Positions 1 through 9,679 of a stretch of 64,000 bases of DNA are shown piece after piece. The translations under genes and the position numbers were made by a program. The stretch covers positions 1,408,001 to 1,472,000 of the forward strand of contig CBDHHL010000032.1 of NCBI GenBank assembly GCA_965263355.1, read 5' to 3'. The notes under the pieces were generated by a model. The model did no database searches. It was not told the DNA's origin and saw only the letters and a program-made list of their open reading frames with translations. The DNA is from Leptolyngbyaceae cyanobacterium (GTDB lineage Bacteria; Cyanobacteriota; Cyanobacteriia; Phormidesmidales; Phormidesmidaceae). Positions within the stretch are counted from its first letter, which is position 1; each line of letters starts with the position of its first letter.

Positions 1-1
1 A

Positions 2-484
2 GAATGGCAAACTCGATTTACGCCTCAATACGGTGCGGCCTTTTTAGGAGCTGCAGAGGGTGCTTACGATTATGCCTTGGCCTATGTGAAAAAGCAGGGT
101 AAAGAAGATGATCCCTATGTGCAACATCGCATGGCTCAAAGTGCGATAAACCTGGAGACTATGCACCTATGGCTACGTCATACAGCAACACTTTGGGAGA
201 CGGGTCAACATCTAAAGGCTAAACAGGCAGGTAACCGTACCCGTTATCTAACTGAGAAACTGGCGATGGAAACCTTGGAGCACTGTATTAAAACCTGTGG
301 GGCTCGTTGTTTGATTCAACCGAGTCCATTAGAGCGCATCTATCGGGATCTCTCTTTCTATGTCTTACATGATAGTTGCGATCGCGTCCTATCCTCCATT
401 GGTCAAGAAATCTTAGGGCAATCCTTTGATCGTTCATTCTTTAACTCTTCAAAGCACAAGCAAGCCTCTGCAGGTAAATCGTGA
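2..484 (+). CDS. Acyl-CoA dehydrogenase-family flavoprotein (C-terminal part; gene starts before the window)
   Basis: Frame open from base 2 (EWQTRFTPQYGAAFLGAAEGAYDYAL...). C-terminal CGARCLIQPSPLERIYRDL is typical of ACAD/DszC-like C-terminal domains. Confidence 0.8.
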   Translation, partial: EWQTRFTPQYGAAFLGAAEGAYDYALAYVKKQGKEDDPYVQHRMAQSAINLETMHLWLRHTATLWETGQHLKAKQAGNRTRYLTEKLAMETLEHCIKTCGARCLIQPSPLERIYRDLSFYVLHDSCDRVLSSIGQEILGQSFDRSFFNSSKHKQASAGKS

Positions 485-1161
485 TGAATTCAGAAACACT
501 CGTATTAACGGACAACTACTACTCTCAGCTAAGAGAAGAAGGAACCAATATTTACGATATTTGGGAGGAGGGAAAAGCCTATGGGGACTCCATAACTCCT
601 AGCACCTACAGCCCTGAGTATCGGCAATTTATTACCAATAAAATAGAAACTCTGGTGGCTCAGGATCATACTAAGCGTATTTTAAGTATCGGTAGCGGCA
701 ACGCATTTGTCGAGCACGATCTACATCAGCGTGGGTATACGATTTTAGCTAGCGATCCCAATCCAGATGCCATGAAGCTGGCGCAAAAAAAAGGCGTCCC
801 CTTTGTATTGGCCGATGTTAATCAGTGGGAGCCCCAAGAGAAAGACTTTGATCTCATTTACTGTGACGGGGTGATGGGGCATTTGTATCAGCCAGAATCC
901 GGATTTCGAACATTGTTTCGTCGTTTATTAGGATGGTTGCGGCCTAACGGTGGCAACATTTTGATTTCTAATGATGCGGCTGTTATTGATGTGCCGGTCC
1001 ATCTCCATCCCAGGGTTAAGGATTTTTACTGGTTTTCGCCAGCATTTTTGTGTTCTGAACTCTCGGAGGTAGGTTTTCAGAACGTTCAGTCAGAAATGTT
1101 TGTTTATGCTCGCCCACTTACCGGAGATAAGGAACGGCTGATTGTTCAGGCTCAGGCATAG
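484..1161 (+). CDS. Class I SAM-dependent methyltransferase
   Basis: Motif I ILSIGSGNA, acidic post-I ASDPN, FDLIYCDG. ATG at 484 overlaps the upstream stop (TGATG); GTG 481 is an alternative start. Confidence 0.85.
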   Translation: MNSETLVLTDNYYSQLREEGTNIYDIWEEGKAYGDSITPSTYSPEYRQFITNKIETLVAQDHTKRILSIGSGNAFVEHDLHQRGYTILASDPNPDAMKLAQKKGVPFVLADVNQWEPQEKDFDLIYCDGVMGHLYQPESGFRTLFRRLLGWLRPNGGNILISNDAAVIDVPVHLHPRVKDFYWFSPAFLCSELSEVGFQNVQSEMFVYARPLTGDKERLIVQAQA

Positions 1162-1166
1162 TTAAA

Positions 1167-1196
1167 CCACGTCCAAAACGACCGCTTTGGACGTGG
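1167..1196 (+). other. Intergenic 11-bp perfect hairpin within the operon
   Basis: CCACGTCCAAA (1167-1177) / TTTGGACGTGG (1186-1196), 8-nt loop, no U-tract. Confidence 0.55.
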
Positions 1197-1215
1197 ATAA
1201 GGTTGAAAGGGGATT

Positions 1216-2004
1216 TTGATGGATTTAGGACTCACGGATAAAGTTGCCTTAGTCACGGCGTCTAGCAAAGGAATCGGTCGAGCCATCGCCACTGGCCTAG
1301 CCGCAGAAGGCTGTCAGGTGATTATCTGTAGTCGCAATCGCGACAACCTCCTTAAAGCCGCCGATCAAATAGAATCCCAAACTGGGCGAGGGGTAACACC
1401 CATTCAGGTTGACCTATGCCAAAAAGACAGTATCAACCAGTTACTGACAACCGTTGCTGAGCAATTTTCTAAGGTTGACATTTTAGTTGACAATGTGAGT
1501 GGGATGCCCTACAAGCCCCACTATGAGCTTGACCGTGCAGACTGGCAGACATCCTTTGATCTAACGTTTATGAGTCAGGTGCAGCTGGCCGAAGCCCTAC
1601 TCCAGGGGATGAAATCACAGACCTGGGGCAGGATTATTTTTGTCACATCGGTGGCGGCTAAACAGCCTGGCATGTTGATTGCCCATTCTCAACGGGCCAG
1701 TGTGGTTGCCTATGCAAAAACCCTGGCAAATGAGTTGGCATGCCATAACATTTTGGTCAATAGTGTGTGTCCATCGTTTGCGGTGACGGATAAATACTAC
1801 GAAGTGGCGGATGAGGTGGCCCGGAGACAAAATAGCTCTCGGGAGGCGGTGACTCAACAGTGGATGAAAAGTGTTCCGATGGGGCGTCCGGCATTGCCAG
1901 AAGAGGTGGCCAATATGGCGGTGTTTCTGGCCTCAGAAAAAGCCAGCTATGTCACAGGTACCTGTATTCAAGTGGATGGAGGATTTGTTAAAAGCTTATT
2001 CTAA
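1216..2004 (+). CDS. SDR-family oxidoreductase (FabG-like)
   Basis: VALVTASSKGIG Rossmann motif, WGRIIFVTS, ILVNSVCP, C-terminal YVTGTCIQVDGG. Confidence 0.9.
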   Translation: MMDLGLTDKVALVTASSKGIGRAIATGLAAEGCQVIICSRNRDNLLKAADQIESQTGRGVTPIQVDLCQKDSINQLLTTVAEQFSKVDILVDNVSGMPYKPHYELDRADWQTSFDLTFMSQVQLAEALLQGMKSQTWGRIIFVTSVAAKQPGMLIAHSQRASVVAYAKTLANELACHNILVNSVCPSFAVTDKYYEVADEVARRQNSSREAVTQQWMKSVPMGRPALPEEVANMAVFLASEKASYVTGTCIQVDGGFVKSLF

Positions 2005-2115
2005 ATCTAGAAGCTTTCAGCCAACCGTGTCCTTTTAGGGGACAGCCTTCAATTAGCGTTGGGTTCGAAACCTAACGTGGGTTTGAGCCGCATAATCACT
2101 CTTAGTAAGAGAACC

Positions 2116-2706
2116 GTGGAAAAAGCAAAACCACTAAAATTAAAGATCCCCATCCTTCTAGGCAGCTGCAGAAATGGCCGACAAAGCATAAAGGTGGCTC
2201 AATTTATTGTAGGAGAACTTAAAAAAAATGAGCACATCCAAACAGAACTGCTGGATCTGGATAAATATAATCTACTGATGCTGGAGGAGCGGATAAAGGA
2301 TATGCAGAATCCACCTTCTAACTTACTAGATTTTTGCGCCAGACTAGGTGATGCAGACGGCATTTTAATTGTTACCCCTGAATATAAGAATGGTTATCCA
2401 GGGGTATTAAAAAATGCTCTCGATTATCTTGAGCCCCAGGCGTTGAGGCGTAAACCGATTGGTATTTGTACTGTATCTGCCGGTGGGTTTGGCGGGCTAA
2501 ACTGTCTGGCTCAGCTGCGGTTGGTCTGTCTGGCATTAGGAGGTGTGCCGATTCCAGCACAGTTACCTATTTCTCGTGTGCAAGAGGTGTTTGGTGAGAA
2601 AGGTGAGTTATATGATCTTACTTTTCTTACCAAGCTTAATACCTTTATCCAGGAGTTAGCGTGGTATATAGAAGCAATGGTTAAACAAAAGCAAAGCTCT
2701 AGTTGA
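2116..2706 (+). CDS. NADPH-dependent FMN reductase (SsuE/flavodoxin-like)
   Basis: ILLGSCRNGRQS, TPEYKNGYPGVLKNALD, SAGGFGG. Start placed at GTG 2116; the ORF is open from 2059. Confidence 0.9.
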   Translation: MEKAKPLKLKIPILLGSCRNGRQSIKVAQFIVGELKKNEHIQTELLDLDKYNLLMLEERIKDMQNPPSNLLDFCARLGDADGILIVTPEYKNGYPGVLKNALDYLEPQALRRKPIGICTVSAGGFGGLNCLAQLRLVCLALGGVPIPAQLPISRVQEVFGEKGELYDLTFLTKLNTFIQELAWYIEAMVKQKQSSS

Positions 2707-3048
2707 AGTTATCAAAAAACAGATCAAAGGCAGCCTCACCTGTTAAGAGAAGCTGGTTGTAATACAAATCACATCAGTGGTTGCCTTTCAAGCACATCAA
2801 AAATAACCTTAATTGAAGAGATTAGGGTATTTATTAACTAAAAAGCCTACAATATAGGGATTTTAAGTAATAAACATCTGCTTATCGATAGTTTCTGCGA
2901 ATGAATTTTGATGTGTATGGCAATTTATTAATGTGTTACATACAAACAACTTGATTCATGCTACCTTGCTTGCAACTGTGACGGACTGTCATAGTTGAGC
3001 CTCTGAGGGCATAAGTCTTAAATACTGGACTGGAGGAAAAACAACATT

Positions 3049-5142
3049 ATGTATTGCTCATTTTTATTCTTACGCAAGTTACTGACTGTAGCTTGCCTGG
3101 CGCTACTGGTGACTGTCGGGACGTTTATTGGGAAAGCCGAAGCCGCAACAACTTCATTTCAAAATCCATATTTTATAGATGCTGACAAAAACCGCATCAC
3201 ATTTGATGCTAGAAGTGGTGAAGATACTATTAATGGTGACAATGTAAGCGATCTTTTTCTCTATGACGCCACTTCTGACGGTACACCTGCACAAGATTGT
3301 CCTCAGAAAAGCGGAACAACGTGTAAATATGGTGCACACTATAGCCCACCAACCATAAGGGTGAGCCCTGATAAATCTATCGATCTGACGCTTGTAAATA
3401 GCTTGCCAGTCATTTCCCCTCCCCTTGCTGATCAGATGCCACCAGTAGAGGCAAACTTAGAGTATGTTTCCCAAGACACCAATCTTCACTATCATGGCTT
3501 TAATGTATCGCCATTGTTAGGATCTGATGATGTGGTGATGCATGTGCACTCAAGAAATACACCCACTCCAGTAAAAGGCAACAACGGTGAAAATGAGCTG
3601 CTAATACCAACTGCTCCATTGCCAGTTGGCAATAACAATCCTGCTGGCGGAAATTATCCAGGCACAAATACTTTCAACCCTATTACAAACTACGGGATGA
3701 AAGTTAACCTACCAAAATATCATCAGTCTGGGTTGTTCTGGTATCATCCCCATGTCCACACCGTCAGCGATCCGCAAGTTAAGGGGGGAATGTCAGGGGG
3801 GATTATTGTTGAGGGTATAGAGGATGATGAGTATTATCCTGTTCTGAAAAATCTGACCACCTGCTTACCAATTCTTGTCCGAGGCGAGCCCGAGTGCATT
3901 GATGAGAACACTCCTTTGATCAAAACTGATGGCGAGAAAGTAATGCTGTTCAAGGATGCTAATCCTGCAGTTAAGGATAATAAAGACCCTTCAGTTAAGG
4001 ATAATAAAGACCCTTTTACTGTTAATGGTCAATACAACCCCGAAATCAAAATTGCTCCAGGGGAACTTCAGTTCTGGCGTATCGGTAATATTGGCGCAGA
4101 TAAATACCTGAATCTGACATTCATCGATCCTGCAAGCCCAGGGGGAAATAATCATGGTTCAAGCCTACCAACCTTCTACATTCTGGCTCGTGATGGTAGT
4201 ACGGTTACTAAACCCGTACCCGCAGAATCGATTTTGGTACCACCAGCTAGTCGGGTTGAAGTATTAGTCATTGGAGGAAATAGCGGGGATAATTATGAGC
4301 TTGTATCGTCAATAAAAAATGATCCAGTGCCCTATGGCGATAACATGGCCGATAAGCTTTACTATAACTTAGCATCTGTGGGGGTTACAGGTGATTCAGT
4401 AGATTACGATTACGAAAAGTCATTTGGTAATTCATGTACGAGCTTGAAAGATTGCATCCTTTCCATGTCGTCGTCGGGCGATGAAATTCTGCCAGATGCC
4501 AGTCAGCTGGCCAAGCTACCCTATTGCTCTAGCACATCTGACTATACATGTATGGTTAAAGAGAATCCAGAAAATCCTGAGGATAAATTTGAATTCGACT
4601 TTGGCTTCACACGAATTAAAGCAGATAGCAAACCCTACACAGTATTTACCATGAACAATGAGGTATATGAGGAAAATCGTATCGATAAAACCGTTAGCTT
4701 GGGTACTAATCAAGAATGGAAGCTAGTCAATACTAAAGCGGGGGCTCATGCTTTTCACATGCACCAACTCGATTTCACTATGACTGAAGTGACGGTACCT
4801 CAAAGTGCAGTGCATGTTGATAAGGAAGGTTCCTATTACTATGACAACTATAAGGCTGATTGCACATTAATTAATAACGGTGCTGACTACAACTGTAAAC
4901 TCAGTGACTATGGATATCGGGATACAATTAACTTACCTCCAAACAGCACAACTATTATTCGGACTCCCTTCTTGAACCCATTTATTACAGGTATATTTGT
5001 CTTCCACTGTCATATTCTGCGTCATGAAGATAGGGGAATGATGAAGAATATTAAGGTAGTCGATTCAGATAGTTATCTATCCTCATTCGAAGAGGAGATT
5101 AAGCTCTTCAAAGAGAGCTTAGGGCCTGGACCTGCTTTATGA
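3049..5142 (+). CDS. Secreted multicopper oxidase (laccase/CueO-like)
   Basis: GGAGG RBS and signal peptide (AEA-A). All four Cu motifs present: NLHYHG, FWYHPH, HAFHMH, FHCHILRHEDRGMM. Confidence 0.92.
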   Translation: MYCSFLFLRKLLTVACLALLVTVGTFIGKAEAATTSFQNPYFIDADKNRITFDARSGEDTINGDNVSDLFLYDATSDGTPAQDCPQKSGTTCKYGAHYSPPTIRVSPDKSIDLTLVNSLPVISPPLADQMPPVEANLEYVSQDTNLHYHGFNVSPLLGSDDVVMHVHSRNTPTPVKGNNGENELLIPTAPLPVGNNNPAGGNYPGTNTFNPITNYGMKVNLPKYHQSGLFWYHPHVHTVSDPQVKGGMSGGIIVEGIEDDEYYPVLKNLTTCLPILVRGEPECIDENTPLIKTDGEKVMLFKDANPAVKDNKDPSVKDNKDPFTVNGQYNPEIKIAPGELQFWRIGNIGADKYLNLTFIDPASPGGNNHGSSLPTFYILARDGSTVTKPVPAESILVPPASRVEVLVIGGNSGDNYELVSSIKNDPVPYGDNMADKLYYNLASVGVTGDSVDYDYEKSFGNSCTSLKDCILSMSSSGDEILPDASQLAKLPYCSSTSDYTCMVKENPENPEDKFEFDFGFTRIKADSKPYTVFTMNNEVYEENRIDKTVSLGTNQEWKLVNTKAGAHAFHMHQLDFTMTEVTVPQSAVHVDKEGSYYYDNYKADCTLINNGADYNCKLSDYGYRDTINLPPNSTTIIRTPFLNPFITGIFVFHCHILRHEDRGMMKNIKVVDSDSYLSSFEEEIKLFKESLGPGPAL
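3968..4015 (+). repeat. 24-bp perfect tandem duplication inside the multicopper oxidase
   Basis: CAGTTAAGGATAATAAAGACCCTT x2, encoding (A/S)VKDNKDP twice. Confidence 0.9.
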
Positions 5143-5261
5143 GCTAGATTAATTGTTGAGTAATAACTCCTGGAGATACATATAGCTTACTCGAAGCTCC
5201 CCATGAGTTTCAAGGCATAATCAATCTCTCCAGACAACTAAACTAGTAGTACAATTCCATT

Positions 5262-5297
5262 AAAGGGAAGTTTCTCTCTTCGGTGAGCTTCCCTTTT
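5262..5297 (+). terminator. Probable rho-independent terminator after the multicopper oxidase
   Basis: AAAGGGAAG...CTTCCCTTTT stem with T-run. Confidence 0.55.
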
Positions 5298-5375
5298 AGT
5301 CTAGATTACTCAATGATGGTAGCCTCAAAATCTTATTTTCCTGATTGCACCATGGCAAAAGGATTCTGACAATAG

Positions 5376-6341
5376 ATGAGAGATGTAATATGTAAAGATG
5401 ATCTGCACATTCAAGCAGGGAATCGATTTAAAGCTCAAGGCAAAGTAAAGGAAGCATTGGTAGCTTATCAAAAGAGTATTGACTTAGCATCTCAAGCCAA
5501 GCGCTTAACTGCTCCATATCTTACCCAAGTTATTAAGCGAGCTGCGTCCATTGCCCCCATCAAGCAAACTCCCTACAAGAAAATAATCTACTATGCAGGC
5601 ATAGGGGGACTTTGTAATCGTTTGCGTGCTCTCTGTAGCTATCTATATTTAAGTCAGTTGTTAGATATACCCCTGAGTATGTGCTGGTATCCAGAAGAAG
5701 CTTGTGATTGTTATTTTGAGGAGTTATTTGAAAATGTTTGCGAAATGATATCGCCGCAATCTATCTTGCCGATGTTTATTAGAGAAGATTCTGCAAATAT
5801 CTTGTATGTTAGTGTGTGGGGATGGGATGATATTTATAAAACCTATTTTCAAGACTATGTAGATTATGGCACCTATTGGAACTCCTATGTAAGTTTTGTG
5901 CAAAAAATGCCTATTAAGCAGCATATTTTACAAAGAGTCGAAACCTTTGTGGAAAAATATTGGCATAAAGATATTGTTGGTTTACATCTTAGACGAACAG
6001 ATTTGTTAAAGCATCTTAAATCTAGAGGCTTAGATTCAAAATACTCTTCAGATGAAAAATTCTTAGATGCAATCGATCGAACAATCATCGGCGGTTGTGA
6101 ACACTTTTTTTTGGCAACAGATAATGAACCGACTAAAGCGTTGATTCATCATCGTTTTCCAGGAAAAATAATTAGCTATTGCCAGGATTTTGATGATTCC
6201 ACAAAACGTCATACGTCTGTTGAGGATGCTTTGATAGATCTATATTTGCTCTCCAAATGCACAAGGGTTATAGGTTCTTATCAATCTAGTTTTAGTCACT
6301 ATGCCACTATTCTAGGAAATATTCCTTTAGTCTACCCTTAG
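5376..6341 (+). CDS. O-fucosyltransferase/NodZ-like glycosyltransferase with N-terminal TPR-like helix
   Basis: GGLCNRL, VGLHLRRTD, FFLATDN, ALIDLYLLSKC..IGSYQSSFS are GDP-fucose transferase-type motifs. Confidence 0.7.
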   Translation: MRDVICKDDLHIQAGNRFKAQGKVKEALVAYQKSIDLASQAKRLTAPYLTQVIKRAASIAPIKQTPYKKIIYYAGIGGLCNRLRALCSYLYLSQLLDIPLSMCWYPEEACDCYFEELFENVCEMISPQSILPMFIREDSANILYVSVWGWDDIYKTYFQDYVDYGTYWNSYVSFVQKMPIKQHILQRVETFVEKYWHKDIVGLHLRRTDLLKHLKSRGLDSKYSSDEKFLDAIDRTIIGGCEHFFLATDNEPTKALIHHRFPGKIISYCQDFDDSTKRHTSVEDALIDLYLLSKCTRVIGSYQSSFSHYATILGNIPLVYP

Positions 6342-6404
6342 AGTATTCGAATGATTAGATATTTTCTAGTTGAGTGATCGCTTGACGTACAAGGAAACTA
6401 AACA

Positions 6405-6935
6405 ATGCCTATTCAGTTTGAACTAGCCAAGTATGTTAATCCTGTATTTGTTGAAACAGGTACTTATAAAGGAGGTGGAATTGCTGCTGCTCTAGCTGCA
6501 GGTTTTTCCAAGGTATATAGTATTGAAGTGTCTGAAGAATTCTATAACAATGCTGTCCAAAGATTTAAGCCTGAAATTGAACAAGGCATTGTGGAGATAA
6601 TCTTAGGTGATTCATTATCCTGTTTACCAGAGGTGATTAATAAAATAGATAAAAAGATTACGTTTTGGTTAGATGCTCATACCACTCTGGGATATGAAGG
6701 AGAAAAATCCTGTCCTTTGTATGAGGAGCTTGAAGCAATTTCTCATCACCCCATCAAAGATCACACCATATTAATTGATGATCTACGTTTACTTTCTCAA
6801 GAAGGGTGGGGAATATCTATTAATCAACTCAAAGTGATAGAAATAATTCAAAAAATCAATAGTAATTATTCAATTAATCACGATAACGGAAAGATAGAAA
6901 ATGATGTTTTAGTTGCTTTGATCACCCATAGCTAA
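6405..6935 (+). CDS. Methyltransferase-fold protein
   Basis: FVETGTYKGGG, YSIE, GDS, FWLDAH, ILIDD pattern. Confidence 0.65.
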   Translation: MPIQFELAKYVNPVFVETGTYKGGGIAAALAAGFSKVYSIEVSEEFYNNAVQRFKPEIEQGIVEIILGDSLSCLPEVINKIDKKITFWLDAHTTLGYEGEKSCPLYEELEAISHHPIKDHTILIDDLRLLSQEGWGISINQLKVIEIIQKINSNYSINHDNGKIENDVLVALITHS

Positions 6936-7711
6936 TGATGGAAGGCTTACCTATTAATAGACACAAAATTATTTTTTTGACAGCCATGAATACACCAGGA
7001 AAGTTTGCTATTTTCACTGTGCATAAAGCTGCTTCAATGTTTTTGCATAGAATTTCTAAGCAAGCTTGTGCAATGGCTCAAATTCCCTATTGCTCACCTA
7101 ATAACAAGGAGCCAAGTGGCAATTTACTATACATCCGCCGAGCTGATGAGAATTTTTCACAAAGCACGCTTGATAGATTTAATTCCATCCATGCGGGTTG
7201 TATTGGTCCAATGCGCCGTCCTTTAGATATTGATTTAGATACGTGTTTTGTTAACTTACATCTACGGGATCCCAGGGATGGTTTGAACTCAATGTTCTTT
7301 TCTTGGACAAAGATTCACCCTGGGTTTGATCCAGTTAAACGGCAAGAGTGGACCGCTTGGGGGATCGACAGATTTGTCATTGAGTTTAGTGATGATTACC
7401 TTGATAGATATGAAAAATATCTAGACTATTATCTTGGGCATCCCAATGTCACATTACTTAAGTATGAGGATATGGTCTATAAATTTAATAGTTGGTTAGA
7501 CTTATTTCTTAAACCTTTTCGGCTTTCGCCAAAGCATGTTAACTGTTTACATCAACAATTTTTTCATGAAGTAGAGCCTCAGAATGCAGATCCTGATGGC
7601 CATAGACGTAAAATTCTTCCTGGAGACTTCAGAAATAACCTGAAGCCTGGAACAATAGAATTGTTGAATCAAAAATTCAAACATGTTCTTCATGCTCTAA
7701 ATTATATGTAA
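6935..7711 (+). CDS. PAPS-dependent sulfotransferase-domain protein
   Basis: 5'-PSB FTVHKAASMF, 3'-PB LRDPRDGLNS, LKYEDMV, HRRKILPGD. Confidence 0.75.
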   Translation: MMEGLPINRHKIIFLTAMNTPGKFAIFTVHKAASMFLHRISKQACAMAQIPYCSPNNKEPSGNLLYIRRADENFSQSTLDRFNSIHAGCIGPMRRPLDIDLDTCFVNLHLRDPRDGLNSMFFSWTKIHPGFDPVKRQEWTAWGIDRFVIEFSDDYLDRYEKYLDYYLGHPNVTLLKYEDMVYKFNSWLDLFLKPFRLSPKHVNCLHQQFFHEVEPQNADPDGHRRKILPGDFRNNLKPGTIELLNQKFKHVLHALNYM

Positions 7712-7843
7712 TACAGACTAATTTATAAAAAGCAGATATTTATTAATCTGGAACTATCTAAAAGGTGAATTCCGATTGCATAATTATGTTAAGCGTATCG
7801 GGAATTAATAGGATTTTATTTCTCAGACAGTTAATTTATTTCT

Positions 7844-8899
7844 ATGATTTCAAATTTTCGAGTATTTCTTCACAAATTAGTCAATGATTTAACTCCTTTT
7901 CTTCAGCTGCTTCAATGGAGAATCGAATCAGTCTTTTATAAAAAGACAATTTCATCTATTACCTATGCTAATGACGTTAAAACAGATGGTGCTGGAGCAC
8001 AACTGCAAAGAATATACGGTATCTACGCAATATCAAGGTTATTGTCCATACCATATGTTCATAGCCCACTTATAAAAATAGACTATCAGGGATTAAATGC
8101 TTTAGAACAAAATAGTGGGTCAGATGAAATCTTATTAAGATGGAATAAAGAACATACTTTACCTTCTGATGCTGATTATTCTCCAGCAGAAACACTCAAA
8201 AGGACTGTTGTGTCCCCTAACCTTAAAGAATTGATTAGCCTTCGACGGGAAGCTTACAGTCGTCGACAGAGTATACAATTACGAATTGCTATTCCTTACA
8301 AGGTGACAGATATTCTGCCCAACTCATATAAGGTAATACGTAACCTCAATTACCTAAAGCAAGAAATTCATAATCGCTCAGAGTTAAGAATAGCAATTCA
8401 TGTCAGAAGAGGAGAGTTATTTGTTGTTGACTCACACCGAATGCTGCCCAATCAGTATTATCTTACTGTGGCTGAGCAAATCGCCAGGACATTTGATAAG
8501 TTTAGACTTAAGTATTCTTTTGAGCTATTTACAGAGGTTCCCAAGAGAAGATTCACTGTCACTCCATCACATCACGGCATTATTGGTAGGATTTCAGATC
8601 CCATATTAGTTAACCCCGAAGATTGCCAAATTAATGATTTTAAGGTTCTCCCAAACCTAAAAAAATATATAAATACAGATCCTGTTGAGGCAGTTAAGTT
8701 AATGTCTTCTGCAGATATATTGGTTTTAAGCCGCTCGTCTTTTAGCTATCTTGCGGCTATCATAAATTCCTCTGGGGTAATCATATACAATCCATTTTGG
8801 CATGCAGCACTTTCTGACTGGATAGTTGTAAATGATGCTGGGACTCTATCGGAATCAAAGCTTAAACGTCAACTCAAAATCAAACAAGTTATTCATTAA
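7844..8899 (+). CDS. Fucosyltransferase-like (GT11/GT23-like) glycosyltransferase
   Basis: DGAGAQLQRI, IAIHVRRGE, ADILVLSRSSFSYLAA. Confidence 0.6.
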   Translation: MISNFRVFLHKLVNDLTPFLQLLQWRIESVFYKKTISSITYANDVKTDGAGAQLQRIYGIYAISRLLSIPYVHSPLIKIDYQGLNALEQNSGSDEILLRWNKEHTLPSDADYSPAETLKRTVVSPNLKELISLRREAYSRRQSIQLRIAIPYKVTDILPNSYKVIRNLNYLKQEIHNRSELRIAIHVRRGELFVVDSHRMLPNQYYLTVAEQIARTFDKFRLKYSFELFTEVPKRRFTVTPSHHGIIGRISDPILVNPEDCQINDFKVLPNLKKYINTDPVEAVKLMSSADILVLSRSSFSYLAAIINSSGVIIYNPFWHAALSDWIVVNDAGTLSESKLKRQLKIKQVIH

Positions 8900-8902
8900 T
8901 GA

Positions 8903-9643
8903 TTATTTCCCTGCCCAAGCATTATTCTTCTCATATCCTAGCTTAACTAAAGCATCGTCAAATAGCTCTAGAAATTTAACTCTATGAGTATACTTGAAGT
9001 ATTTCTTCCATTGCTCAGGTTTACCAGATCTAATATGTCTAGTTTCTATCCGTCTAGCATCCTTAAAACTAGTTGAAAAGAGGCTACTATCGTAGGCGAT
9101 CTTGAGGATGCTTGAGAGAATCTCATCAGGAAAACCTAGAAAAATAAATATTTCCTGAAACAGCGTCAGTTCTTTATCTAAAATGAGTTCTTCATACTTA
9201 ACTTCTATAAATGATGGGTTGGCATAATTCCAATTAAGCATTTCTTGAATATTATCTAGACCAGAGTTTTCCATTTCAAATATCAGTTGATCGTCTAATG
9301 AAGTATAGCTATTAATCTTTTCTTGATATGTTAGGCCTCCAAATTTCTCTTGCTTAGCATGTAACCATTTTTCTTGAGATTTTTGATGGTAGAAGCAGCC
9401 TGAAATGATTATATCTCTGGGATCTCTTATTAAGTGAAGACCTCGATATTTCAGATCTAGCCTATTAAAGTCGAATTGACTTTGAGCTTGAAAAAAAACA
9501 TCAAAATCTTTGAGCAATTTCTTCTGATCACCGGCAAAGAATCTCAATTGAAACTGTTGACAGATTCTTCCAAATATGGAAACCATCCAGCCTGTTCCTG
9601 TTTTGTGATGAGTGCCAACTAGAATTTTGTATTTAAGATTCAC
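8903..9643 (-). CDS. PAPS-dependent sulfotransferase-domain protein
   Basis: GTHHKTGTGW, IRDPRDIIISG, VKYEEL, HIRSGKPEQW. Confidence 0.8.
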   Translation of the reverse strand: MNLKYKILVGTHHKTGTGWMVSIFGRICQQFQLRFFAGDQKKLLKDFDVFFQAQSQFDFNRLDLKYRGLHLIRDPRDIIISGCFYHQKSQEKWLHAKQEKFGGLTYQEKINSYTSLDDQLIFEMENSGLDNIQEMLNWNYANPSFIEVKYEELILDKELTLFQEIFIFLGFPDEILSSILKIAYDSSLFSTSFKDARRIETRHIRSGKPEQWKKYFKYTHRVKFLELFDDALVKLGYEKNNAWAGK

Positions 9644-9679
9644 TATATTTTAACTCCCGATGTCTCGCTCCTTCTCTGT

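Noticed and set aside
2758..2773. CRP/NtcA-like site TGTAA-N6-TCACA
   Set aside because: One mismatch, about 275 bp from the next start and inside a longer hairpin; could be chance in AT-rich DNA.
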